From Roseibacillus sp. (GTDB lineage: Bacteria > Verrucomicrobiota > Verrucomicrobiia > Verrucomicrobiales > Akkermansiaceae): a stretch of 64,000 bases of DNA. This document shows, piece by piece, positions 1 to 10,216 of the stretch. The DNA is taken from assembly GCA_965242925.1 (NCBI GenBank), contig CBDEUM010000029.1, forward strand, positions 96,001-160,000. The letters are read 5' to 3'. A program made the translations under genes and the position numbers. The notes under the pieces are model-generated. The model saw only the letters and a program-made list of their open reading frames with translations. It did not search any database and was not told where the DNA came from. Each line of letters opens with the position of its first letter. Positions within the stretch are counted from its first letter, which is position 1.

Positions 1-1950
<1,950 letters not shown>

Positions 1951-2074
1951 TTCCAGGCTGATTCCATCATTTTTCGGGTAGGGGAAGGTGCGGATCCCGG
2001 GTGCAAAAGGAGCAAAAGGGACTGTTGTCCCCTGGGGTGACCTGCTTAACTGGGGGCGCTTCGGGAGAGCCGGA

Positions 2075-2241
2075 GCCTTTCCGGGGAGGCCCGTGGCACG
2101 GGCAGGAAATAGATGGGGAATCCGGTGTGAATTCGGAGCGGTCCCGCCACTGTGAGGCTGGTGCCCTGAGCGCTGGCCAAGCCAGACTACCAGCCTTGGA
2201 AGGATGTTCATTGAGCCCGCCAGTGACGGGCGGTAGAACAT
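2075..2241 (+). promoter_or_regulatory. Cobalamin riboswitch (short, class II-like) with expression platform
   Basis: Contains GGGGAATCCGGTGTGAATTCGGAGCGGTCCCGCCACTGTGA (2115-2155) and B12-box AAGCCAGACTACCAGCC (2179-2195). Lies directly upstream of a BtuB-like receptor. Confidence 0.9.
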
Positions 2242-2248
2242 TGACCAA

Positions 2249-4075
2249 GTGAAGAGATTGATCATAGCGACGCCAGTGGTGGTCGCAGCAGGGTTGGCCG
2301 GGGCCGGGGTGGCGATGGCCCAGTCGGGGGCGCAGGAACTCTCCGAAATGGTGGTGGTAGCGAACCGCCTGGAAACACCGATGGAGAACGTGGGGAGTAC
2401 GTTTTCCGCCCTGGAGGTAGAGCTCCTGGAGCGACGCGGAATTGTAACCCTGGAAGATTCTCTCCGTCTCGTTCCCGGGACGGGCATCGGATCGGAGGGA
2501 GGGCAGCGTGGCTCGATCTCGGCCTTGCGGATGCGCGGATCGGAGTCGGACCACACCCTGCTGCTCATTGACGGGATGCGGGTCACCGATGCCAATGTCA
2601 CACCCTTCAACCTGCTCGGTGGAGAGACGTTGCATGGTTATTCACGAGTTAGCGTCCTGCGGGGACCGCAGAGTGCTCTCTATGGGAGCGAAGCGATCGG
2701 CGGGGTAGTGAAACTGGACACCCGGGTGGGATCGGGTGAGGGCGACCACCGGGCTTTTTTAGGGGGAGGGTCCTTTGGGAGCCTGCGCGGGGGAGCTGAG
2801 TTCCAGGGCGAGTCCGGTGAGACCCGGTGGTATCTTGGTGGTAGTCACGAGATGACCGCCAATGATCGGGTCGGCAATGATTTCGAGCAGAGCCAGTTTG
2901 CTCTGCGGGTGGAGCAGGACCTTGGTTCAGACACCGTGGCCGGCTTTACCGCACGGGCCTGGATGAGCGCTCTGGAGAATCCCGGACCTATCGGACCCTT
3001 TGCCACCCGGGCGGTAGACGATCGAGAAGCCTGCCTCGCTACGGGCTACCTCGAGCATTTTGCCAGTGAACGGTTCCGCAGCAAGGTTGTCGTGGGTTAC
3101 TATCGCGAGGAGTTTGAGGAGCGGGGTGCCTTTCCTTTCGAGAGCGAAGCGGAAAAGGTCTCTCTCGACCTGCGCAACGTGGTGAGCTGGAGTGATCGGC
3201 ACGAGACGGTAGTGGGCGGATTGCTGGAATGGTCCTCCTTCCGTTCAACGGGTACTCCGGTGGATGAGGATGGCTGGTTGAGCGGACTCTATGCCAACCA
3301 TGTGTGGCAACCCATCGGGGGGGTGACCGCCTCCGTGGGAGGACGGTGGGAGCATCTAGCGCGCTGGGGAGATGCCTTTACCTGGCGTGTCACTGGAAGC
3401 TGGCAAACCCCCGTGAATGGCGTGCGGTTGCGCGGAAGCTCCGGGACCGGGTTCCGGGCTCCCTCCTATTTTGAACTGTTTGGCGCCATCCCGGCTTTTG
3501 ACTTCGCGGGGAATCCGAACCTTAGGGAGGAGCGTTCCCGGGGATGGGACGTGGGCGTGGAGTGGCAGCCCTGCGAGGGGCTTCTGTTTGACGTGACCTG
3601 GTTTCACAACCGCATCGAGGACCTGATTGATTTCAAACCGGTCAACATCGGCAGGGTGACCACGCGGGGCATCGAGGTGAGTGCCGGGGGGAGACTTGTC
3701 GGAGATCACATCACCTGGCGGGGATGTTATACCTGGCTGGAAGCCAATGACGACACCTCCAATATCCGCCTGGTGCGGCGAGCCCGGCACCGGGTTAGTC
3801 TGGATCTCCAGAGTGAGCTCACTGATCGTGTCCTGGTGGGAGTCGGGGGGACTTGTGTCAGCGGTATGGTGGACAACGACTTCAGTGTGTTTCCCGCTGC
3901 CCGGAGGTCGCTCGACGAGATCATCCTCCTGCGGTCCTACTGCAGATACAGGGTGAGCGATGATGTTTCGCTGCATGGTCGCGTCGAGAACCTGTTGGAT
4001 TGCGATTACGAGGAAGTGGCCAACTTCCCCGGTCGGGGGTTGGGTGTGTTCGGGGGAGTGCAGGTGCGGTGGTGA
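2249..4075 (+). CDS. btuB: TonB-dependent outer-membrane receptor, vitamin B12 transporter BtuB-like
   Basis: Signal peptide; TonB-box-like EMVVVANR; plug motifs LLLIDG and VLRGPQSALYGSEAIGGVV; GFRAPS, NPNLREE, RVENLLD; C-terminal Trp. Preceded by the cobalamin riboswitch. Confidence 0.88.
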   Translation: MKRLIIATPVVVAAGLAGAGVAMAQSGAQELSEMVVVANRLETPMENVGSTFSALEVELLERRGIVTLEDSLRLVPGTGIGSEGGQRGSISALRMRGSESDHTLLLIDGMRVTDANVTPFNLLGGETLHGYSRVSVLRGPQSALYGSEAIGGVVKLDTRVGSGEGDHRAFLGGGSFGSLRGGAEFQGESGETRWYLGGSHEMTANDRVGNDFEQSQFALRVEQDLGSDTVAGFTARAWMSALENPGPIGPFATRAVDDREACLATGYLEHFASERFRSKVVVGYYREEFEERGAFPFESEAEKVSLDLRNVVSWSDRHETVVGGLLEWSSFRSTGTPVDEDGWLSGLYANHVWQPIGGVTASVGGRWEHLARWGDAFTWRVTGSWQTPVNGVRLRGSSGTGFRAPSYFELFGAIPAFDFAGNPNLREERSRGWDVGVEWQPCEGLLFDVTWFHNRIEDLIDFKPVNIGRVTTRGIEVSAGGRLVGDHITWRGCYTWLEANDDTSNIRLVRRARHRVSLDLQSELTDRVLVGVGGTCVSGMVDNDFSVFPAARRSLDEIILLRSYCRYRVSDDVSLHGRVENLLDCDYEEVANFPGRGLGVFGGVQVRW

Positions 4076-4135
4076 ATTGCGCGCACGGTGGGGACCGGGT
4101 GGAGCGCCGGTCGGCGTCGCGGGGAAAACCGCATG

Positions 4136-5137
4136 TCAGTTCAACTGCGTGCGCGGCGGATCGCCCACATAGAGGACCTGGGAGGCGGTGTCCAGGAGGG
4201 CCCTGCTCTCTTCCAGGAAATCCATTCCGACGATGCCGTCGACGGGGCGGCCGGAGCGGTCCCGGAAGGTACGGCGGATGGTTTTGAGAGGGGTCACGGC
4301 GACCTGGAATTCGCTGACCTCAAGTTGACCGAAGACGACTTCCCGGAGGACTGCGGTACGGACGGAGGCACGGTCACCGGAGGCATCGATGATCTTGGAG
4401 CGCGAGGCGATGGTGGGAACGCCGAGGCGCTGCACGGTTTCGGCGGCCATCACGGTCACCTCCGCCCCGGTGTCGACTACCCAGGTCAAAAGTTTGCCCT
4501 GATAGCGGCATCTGACGAGGAGGTGGGGAAGGCGGCCGGCAGTTTCGAGGCGCAAGGAATCGAAGCCTAGGCCTTCGTGGTGGCCCAGGGCCCGGATATT
4601 ACCGTGTCGCGCGTTCTTGGCCTGTGGTCCGGGGAGCCAGAGCTTGCCGGTCTGCAGGTCAATCAGGGCGGCCAGTCCGCTCAGCGCATCGAGTCCGATC
4701 TGGCCGTCATAGCGGCTGGTAGCGGTGTGGCGTTTAGTGGGCGGAGCGAGCATGAAGGGGAAAGGTGTGGCGGTGACTTGTCCGGCTTCCAGGGCCCCGA
4801 GACCAACCCAGGAACTGACCGGACGTCCGAGCGCGCCACGGCTCACGATCTTGAGCGACTTCTCGGGCTTGATGCCGAAGGAAGTGGCCAGTTCGTAATC
4901 GAGATCAGTGCTGTTGGCGCCCGAATCGATGAGGAAACGCACGTCCTTGCCATTGACCCGGAAGCGACCGGAATAGCGTGAATCGCCGGTCGACTTCTTC
5001 AATTGGAGCGGTTCGTAGCCGAGGGCAGCCAGGCGGTGGGAGCGTGGGGTGGGGCTACGCGCGGTGGGTCCGATGGCGCATTGGGTGAGGAGGATGGCGA
5101 CGAGAACCGGAGAGGCGAAGCGCAGGACCCAAGGCAT
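4136..5137 (-). CDS. Exported aspartyl protease with two retropepsin-like domains, probable lipoprotein
   Basis: FLIDSGAN...DGQIGLDAL and VVDTGAE...DGIVGMDFL motifs; lipobox-like LLTQC. ATG at 5137 chosen as start. Confidence 0.82.
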   Translation of the reverse strand: MPWVLRFASPVLVAILLTQCAIGPTARSPTPRSHRLAALGYEPLQLKKSTGDSRYSGRFRVNGKDVRFLIDSGANSTDLDYELATSFGIKPEKSLKIVSRGALGRPVSSWVGLGALEAGQVTATPFPFMLAPPTKRHTATSRYDGQIGLDALSGLAALIDLQTGKLWLPGPQAKNARHGNIRALGHHEGLGFDSLRLETAGRLPHLLVRCRYQGKLLTWVVDTGAEVTVMAAETVQRLGVPTIASRSKIIDASGDRASVRTAVLREVVFGQLEVSEFQVAVTPLKTIRRTFRDRSGRPVDGIVGMDFLEESRALLDTASQVLYVGDPPRTQLN

Positions 5138-5205
5138 GAGCAAGTGTAATTCGAAAATTCTCAAATACTAATTTCTAGGTGAGAAACTCAGAGCGGAGGA
5201 CGGAT

Positions 5206-6393
5206 TCAGGAGAAGCGGACGGAGTGTTTCTTCGAGAGACGAAGGATGTCGCCGGGTTGCGGCTCTACCGGGGCGTTGGGGTCGGTGAGCTTTTCACCGT
5301 TGAGCTGGACCGCTCCCGTTGAGATGAACTGTTTCTTGAGCTCGCCGTTGGATTTCGCCTGATCGAAGCCCGCCTGGTAGGCATGGGCGGCCAGATGCAG
5401 GACGGTGAGGTCGCCAGGAAGTCCGGCCGTGTCCAGTTCGGGAAGATCTGCACTGGCGAGGTCTCTCCTGGAAAAGCGGGTTTCCCAATCCTCCCGTGCG
5501 GCTGATCCTTCCTGCCCACTGTGGAAGCGGGTGGTGATCCGCTGCGCCAGCTGTTTCTTGGCCTCCATGGGATGGAGGTCATCGTCACGGGACTCGCCCA
5601 GCAGGAGGAGGTAGTAGCGATCCATGAGATCATCCGAGATGCTCATGAGCTTGCCGAACATTTCGTTGGGAGGCTCGGAGACCCCGACGTAGTTGTCATA
5701 GGACTTGGACATCTTCCTGACCCCATCCGTTCCCTCCAGAAGCGGCATGGTCATGACCACCTGCTGGGGCTGTCCCTCCTCCTTCTGCAGGTCCCGGCCG
5801 ACCAGGAGATTGAAGAGCTGGTCGGTGCCTCCAAGTTCCACATCGGCACGCACTTCCACCGAGTCCCAGCCCTGCACGATGGGATACTGGATTTCGTGGA
5901 GGCGCACTTCCTGTCCCTTGTCGATGCGCTTCCTGAAGTCATCCCGTTGCAGCATCTGTTGCATGGTCACCCGGGCGTTGAGTCGCAGGACATCCTCGAA
6001 AGTCATTTGCCGAAACCACTCGCCGTTGAAAACCACTTCGGTCCTGTTCTTGTCCAGGACCTTGAAAGCCTGCGTGGTGTAGGTTTCAGCGTTGGCGAGA
6101 ATAGCCTCGCGGCTCAGCGGTGGGCGGGTGGCGCTGCGCCCGGAAGGATCGCCGATGGCCGCGGTGAAATCGCCGATGATGAGGACGGCCTGGTGTCCGA
6201 GTTCCTGGAACTGCCGGAGTTTCTCGAAGACCACGGTGTGACCGAGGTGGATGTCGGGGGAGGTGGGATCGAGCCCGAGCTTGGCACGGAGGGGTCGATC
6301 TTCCCCCAGTTTGTCAGCCAGTTCCTCTGGGGAGAGGACTTTCTCGGTGCCAGCGCAGAGGGTGGCGAGGGCTTGATCGACGTCCGGCGGCAT
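5206..6393 (-). CDS. tyrS: Tyrosine--tRNA ligase
   Basis: KLGLDPT, HLGH (HIGH motif), IGDPSGRS, LGGTDQLFNLLVGRDLQ, KMSKS; S4-like C-terminus. Confidence 0.97.
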   Translation of the reverse strand: MPPDVDQALATLCAGTEKVLSPEELADKLGEDRPLRAKLGLDPTSPDIHLGHTVVFEKLRQFQELGHQAVLIIGDFTAAIGDPSGRSATRPPLSREAILANAETYTTQAFKVLDKNRTEVVFNGEWFRQMTFEDVLRLNARVTMQQMLQRDDFRKRIDKGQEVRLHEIQYPIVQGWDSVEVRADVELGGTDQLFNLLVGRDLQKEEGQPQQVVMTMPLLEGTDGVRKMSKSYDNYVGVSEPPNEMFGKLMSISDDLMDRYYLLLLGESRDDDLHPMEAKKQLAQRITTRFHSGQEGSAAREDWETRFSRRDLASADLPELDTAGLPGDLTVLHLAAHAYQAGFDQAKSNGELKKQFISTGAVQLNGEKLTDPNAPVEPQPGDILRLSKKHSVRFS

Positions 6394-6453
6394 GTCGGAA
6401 AGAGTTCTACGCGAGGGGGGCGGCTGGACAAGACAGATTCGGTGTGATTAACG

Positions 6454-7128
6454 ATGAGCATGAGCGCAGAAATGCTTTCGCAGCCGCCGTCCTCGTCGGT
6501 GGCGGATGTCGAGCCCGGGCGAATCAAGGTCTTCGGGATCATTCACATCATCTTTGGTGGCCTTGGCTTGGTGGGATCAGCCTTCGGGGTGGCGGCCCTC
6601 CTGGTCCTGAATCCTGTGCTTTCCTGGTTGGAGGAAACGATCAGGCAGGAGATCCCTTCAGGGGACGTGGCCGGGCCCGAAGTGGAGACCATGCTGGAAT
6701 CCTTCGGGGCGATGAGGACGCTAATGAGTGACCTGTCCCTGCTCTATTGGGTCTCCGCCGTTACCGGGCTGGTGGTAGCGATCCTAATTCTTTGGGCGGG
6801 TATACGGTTGATTAGAAAGCGCAAGGACGCGGTGCGATGCTCCAATATCTACACGTGGGCCTCCATCGTGAAATGGCTCCTCTATCTTGGACTCTATCTC
6901 GTGACCGGACCGGCAGCGATGAAGAGTTACTATGGGAAGCTCGAAAGCATTGTGGGGGGGAGTGGTGTCCCGGCGCCGGGTGGGATGAACCTGATGCAGT
7001 TCCAGGAGGTGATCGGGGTGGCGACAACGGTGATTGGCGGAGTTCTGGCGCTGATCTATCCGATCCTGTCCTTCGCCATGCTCAACAAAATGCTGGTAAA
7101 GGATTTTCTTGCGCGCAACGGAACCTAG
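6454..7128 (+). CDS. Hypothetical integral membrane protein (~4 TM helices)
   Basis: 224 aa ORF with four hydrophobic segments, divergent from tyrS. Confidence 0.75.
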   Translation: MSMSAEMLSQPPSSSVADVEPGRIKVFGIIHIIFGGLGLVGSAFGVAALLVLNPVLSWLEETIRQEIPSGDVAGPEVETMLESFGAMRTLMSDLSLLYWVSAVTGLVVAILILWAGIRLIRKRKDAVRCSNIYTWASIVKWLLYLGLYLVTGPAAMKSYYGKLESIVGGSGVPAPGGMNLMQFQEVIGVATTVIGGVLALIYPILSFAMLNKMLVKDFLARNGT

Positions 7129-7182
7129 CGCGGTCCCCGCCGGGCTTGCTCGCAGGGGAGGCGATTCGCAGGACACGGAGGG

Positions 7183-7259
7183 TGGGGCGACCGACGGGAC
7201 TTGAACCCGCGACAACCTGAACCACAATCAGGGGCTCTACCAACTGAGCTACGGCCGCC
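7183..7259 (-). tRNA. tRNA-His (GUG), with encoded G-1 and CCA
   Basis: Reverse complement GGCGGCCGTAGCTCAGTTGGTAGAGCCCCTGATTGTGGTTCAGGTTGTCGCGGGTTCAAGTCCCGTCGGTCGCCCCA forms a cloverleaf with GTG anticodon and TTC loop. Confidence 0.97.
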
Positions 7260-7407
7260 GTCTCCGGGACCGGGAATTTAGGCCCGCCCCGAGACGATTC
7301 AAGAGTAAAGATGCAGGTGGACAGGTCTGGTTCGAGCGGGGAAGCGGCTCCGCCCGTGCAACATCCTTTACCCCTCGCTTCATATTCCGTAATTCCTTGT
7401 CCGGAAG

Positions 7408-8091
7408 ATGGATGCGTTGGCGGAGAAGCTCGGTTATCAATTCAAGGATCAGGACTTGCTGGTGCAGTCCATGACGCACCCGAGTATGTCGGCCGAGCAA
7501 CGCGAGGCGGTGGAGGACAACCAGCGACTGGAGTTTCTCGGGGATGCCGTCCTGCAGGTCATCCTGACGGAGCACCTCTATCGCGTTCTGCCCGACCAGG
7601 CGGAGGGGCACCTGACGAAGATACGGGCCAGCCTGGTCTCGCGAAGGGCCTTGGCCGACTGTGCCTTGCGACTGGGGCTGGGGGAGTATCTCCGTCTCGG
7701 GAAGGGTGAGGAGGCCAACGGGGGGCGGCATCGCGAGTCGAATCTGGCGGACGCCTTCGAGGCTCTTCTGGGGGCGATCTGCCTTGACGGGGGAATCACC
7801 GGTGCGAGAGAGGTGACCATGCGCCTGATGGACGAGGATCTTCAGGAGGCGCTGGAGGGAGAGGATACCAGTAACCCGAAGGGCCGCCTGCAGGAGGAGC
7901 TGCAGGCTCTCCGGAGAGAGAGCCCGTATTATCGTATTCTGGCCGAGGAGGGGCCGGACCACTTGAAGCAATTCCGGGTCGAGGTTCTCTGGGGCGGAAA
8001 CCCGCTGGGGGCAGGGCGGGGATCGAGTAAGAAGAACGCCGAGACGGCCGCCGCGCAGGATGCCCTGGAGCGCCGGTGCTGGGAGGAGTAG
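7408..8091 (+). CDS. rnc: Ribonuclease III
   Basis: THPS, NQRLEFLGDAVL signature, LADAFEALLGAI; dsRBD NPKGRLQE...GPDH...GSSKKNAE. Confidence 0.97.
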   Translation: MDALAEKLGYQFKDQDLLVQSMTHPSMSAEQREAVEDNQRLEFLGDAVLQVILTEHLYRVLPDQAEGHLTKIRASLVSRRALADCALRLGLGEYLRLGKGEEANGGRHRESNLADAFEALLGAICLDGGITGAREVTMRLMDEDLQEALEGEDTSNPKGRLQEELQALRRESPYYRILAEEGPDHLKQFRVEVLWGGNPLGAGRGSSKKNAETAAAQDALERRCWEE

Positions 8092-8114
8092 GGGACAACT
8101 GGTTTTTTGAAGCG

Positions 8115-8669
8115 ATGGAGCGCAGGCACCTGGAGAATCGAGAGCCGTGTCCGCTCTTGCCCGTGGTCGAAGAAGTGCTGACCGCGCAAGTGACTGCGGA
8201 ATTCAAGCGGGACTACAATGTGGATTTCTATCGTGTCTCGCTTCGTTACGCACAGTCCTTGTGGCTGGAGGGCAAGCCAGCCCAGGCGTTGCTGCAGTTG
8301 AACAAGGCTTTCATGGCGGACCTGGCGGGGAAGGAGACAATTCTGCTGGAGTGGCCCCTGCCCTATGCCGCCAAGCGGTGGGTGATGGTGAACTGTCCGG
8401 CGGGGGAATTCCTGGGTAACCCGGTGCGCCACTATCAGCATCTTGCCACCCGGATGAGCGGACCACGACCGGAACTGCGGCGGTGGCGGGCATGGGCCTG
8501 CTTCCATCTGGCCGAGGTGGTGGTGGGAGGAGAGGCCAATCCACGGGATGCGGGGCAGCTTGGGAGGGAGAAGATTGTGATCCCGGATTTGGGTGAGGTC
8601 CTGGCGCAGTTGGGGGACCTCGGGTTGTGCGGTGAGGCGCAGCTGGTAGAAGAGGTCATCGCTGGGTAG
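8115..8669 (+). CDS. Hypothetical protein downstream of rnc
   Basis: ATG at 8115, 23 bp after the rnc stop; globular composition (FLGNPVRHYQHLATRMSGPR). Confidence 0.7.
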   Translation: MERRHLENREPCPLLPVVEEVLTAQVTAEFKRDYNVDFYRVSLRYAQSLWLEGKPAQALLQLNKAFMADLAGKETILLEWPLPYAAKRWVMVNCPAGEFLGNPVRHYQHLATRMSGPRPELRRWRAWACFHLAEVVVGGEANPRDAGQLGREKIVIPDLGEVLAQLGDLGLCGEAQLVEEVIAG

Positions 8670-8817
8670 ATGTGGTGCAGTCCTTGCTGCCCCTGCGCTT
8701 CCGTCCTCGGAAAGTCGCAAGGGATTCCTGCACGATGGGACTTCTCCACAACTTTGAGCCTTGAGCGGCACGCCTTCCCGGTCTCTGATTGGAAAACGTC
8801 CGTTAAGATATACAGTC

Positions 8818-10016
8818 ATGAAAGCGCTCAGCCTCCTTCTTCCCTTCGCACTCATTGCACTCGTTACGGCAGCGAAAGTCGGGAGCCCGGAGAAGGGCTC
8901 ACATCAAAGGACGGTCCTCTCGCGGGGGTTCGTGACGGAGGGAGCTTCCATCGGGGATGTGAATGGTGATGGAAACGCGGACCTGGTCGCAGGGCCCCAC
9001 TGGTATGCGGGACCGGATTTCAAGGAAAAGAATCGCTACTACCCCGGCGAAGCACTCAACCCGAAGGGGTATGCCCACAGTTCTTTCCTGAGCTGGGTGA
9101 TGGATGTGAATGCGGACGGACGCAATGACATCCTCCAGGTCGCCCATGGTCCGGCCTTCCATCTCGATATTTATCTGCAGCCCGGGGAGGGATCCGAAGT
9201 GGAGGCCTGGCCCAAGCACCGCGTGGTGACCAGCTTCGGGGGCGAGTCCCCCGAAATGATTGATATCACCGGGGATGGGAAGCCGGAGTTGGTGGGATTG
9301 AAAAAAGATGTGTGGGGGTTTTATAGTGGGGACTGGACGGATCCTACGAAGGCCTGGAGCTTTCATGCCGTTTCGGAGAACACCAAGGCCGGCCACTACA
9401 CGCACGGGCTCGGCGCGGGGGACCTCAACGGAGACAAGCGAATCGACATCATCTGGAAGGAGGGGTGGTACGAGTGCCCCGAGAATCCCACCGCAGGCCT
9501 GTGGAAATTTCACAAGTTCCAGTTCTCACCGCAGGGAGGAGCCCAGATGCTGGTTTACGACGTGGATGGGGACGGGGACAACGACATCGTGACAAGCCTG
9601 TGGGCGCATGGCTGGGGAATGGCGTGGTTTGAGAATTCCGCGCAAGATGGGGGGGTCGCCTTGAAGAAGCACATCATCATGCCCTCGGACTCCAAGCCGG
9701 GGGCGGGGGGAGTGGTTTTTTCTCAGCACCATTCCCTGGCGATGGGGGACTTAATGGCGATGGGTTGACGGACTTTGTCACCGGGAAGCGCTGGTGGGCC
9801 CATGGCGGCGGGGACCCGGGAGCGGATCAACCAGCGGTTCTCTACTGGTTTGAGCTGAAACGGAGCGAGGCGCACGGGGTGGAATTCATCCCGCACTTGG
9901 TGGACACGGATTCGGGAGTAGGGACCCAGATCGCGGTGGGCGACCTGGATGGCGACAAGAGGACCGACATCGGGATCGGAAACAAGAAGGGGATCTACAT
10001 CTTCCGCACGAAGTAG
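8818..10016 (+). pseudogene. FG-GAP/VCBS repeat exported protein, split by a 1-bp deletion near 9750 (possible sequencing error)
   Basis: Repeats GDVNGDGNADL, DVNADGRNDI, DITGDGKPEL, GDLNGDKRIDI, DVDGDGDNDI. GGGGAC-TT-AAT-GGC-GAT-GGG-TTG-ACG restores GDxNGDGLTDFVTGKR if one base is added, joining ORFs 8761..9768 and 9765..10016. Confidence 0.85.
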
Positions 10017-10216
10017 GGAGGATAGCGTCCACCAACGACTCCGGGTGCAAGGGAGCTTCCTTGGGCTCAGGAACACCCTTTTCCCTGTAATCCGCAGGAT
10101 CCCGGACTGGAATCGGACGTTTGTAGCTCCGGAAAGAGTGGTCAAAACACGGATGTGGGATTGTCTGATCCGGTGCCAGTCCCTAAGGAAGGGGGTCATT
10201 GAATCATTCCAGATCC

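Noticed and set aside
1967..2252. Small ORFs between tkt and btuB
   Set aside because: The region is explained by the cobalamin riboswitch.
7183..7259. tRNA-His as a prophage/island integration site
   Set aside because: No integrase, no duplicated tRNA 3' end seen, and the flanks are housekeeping genes.
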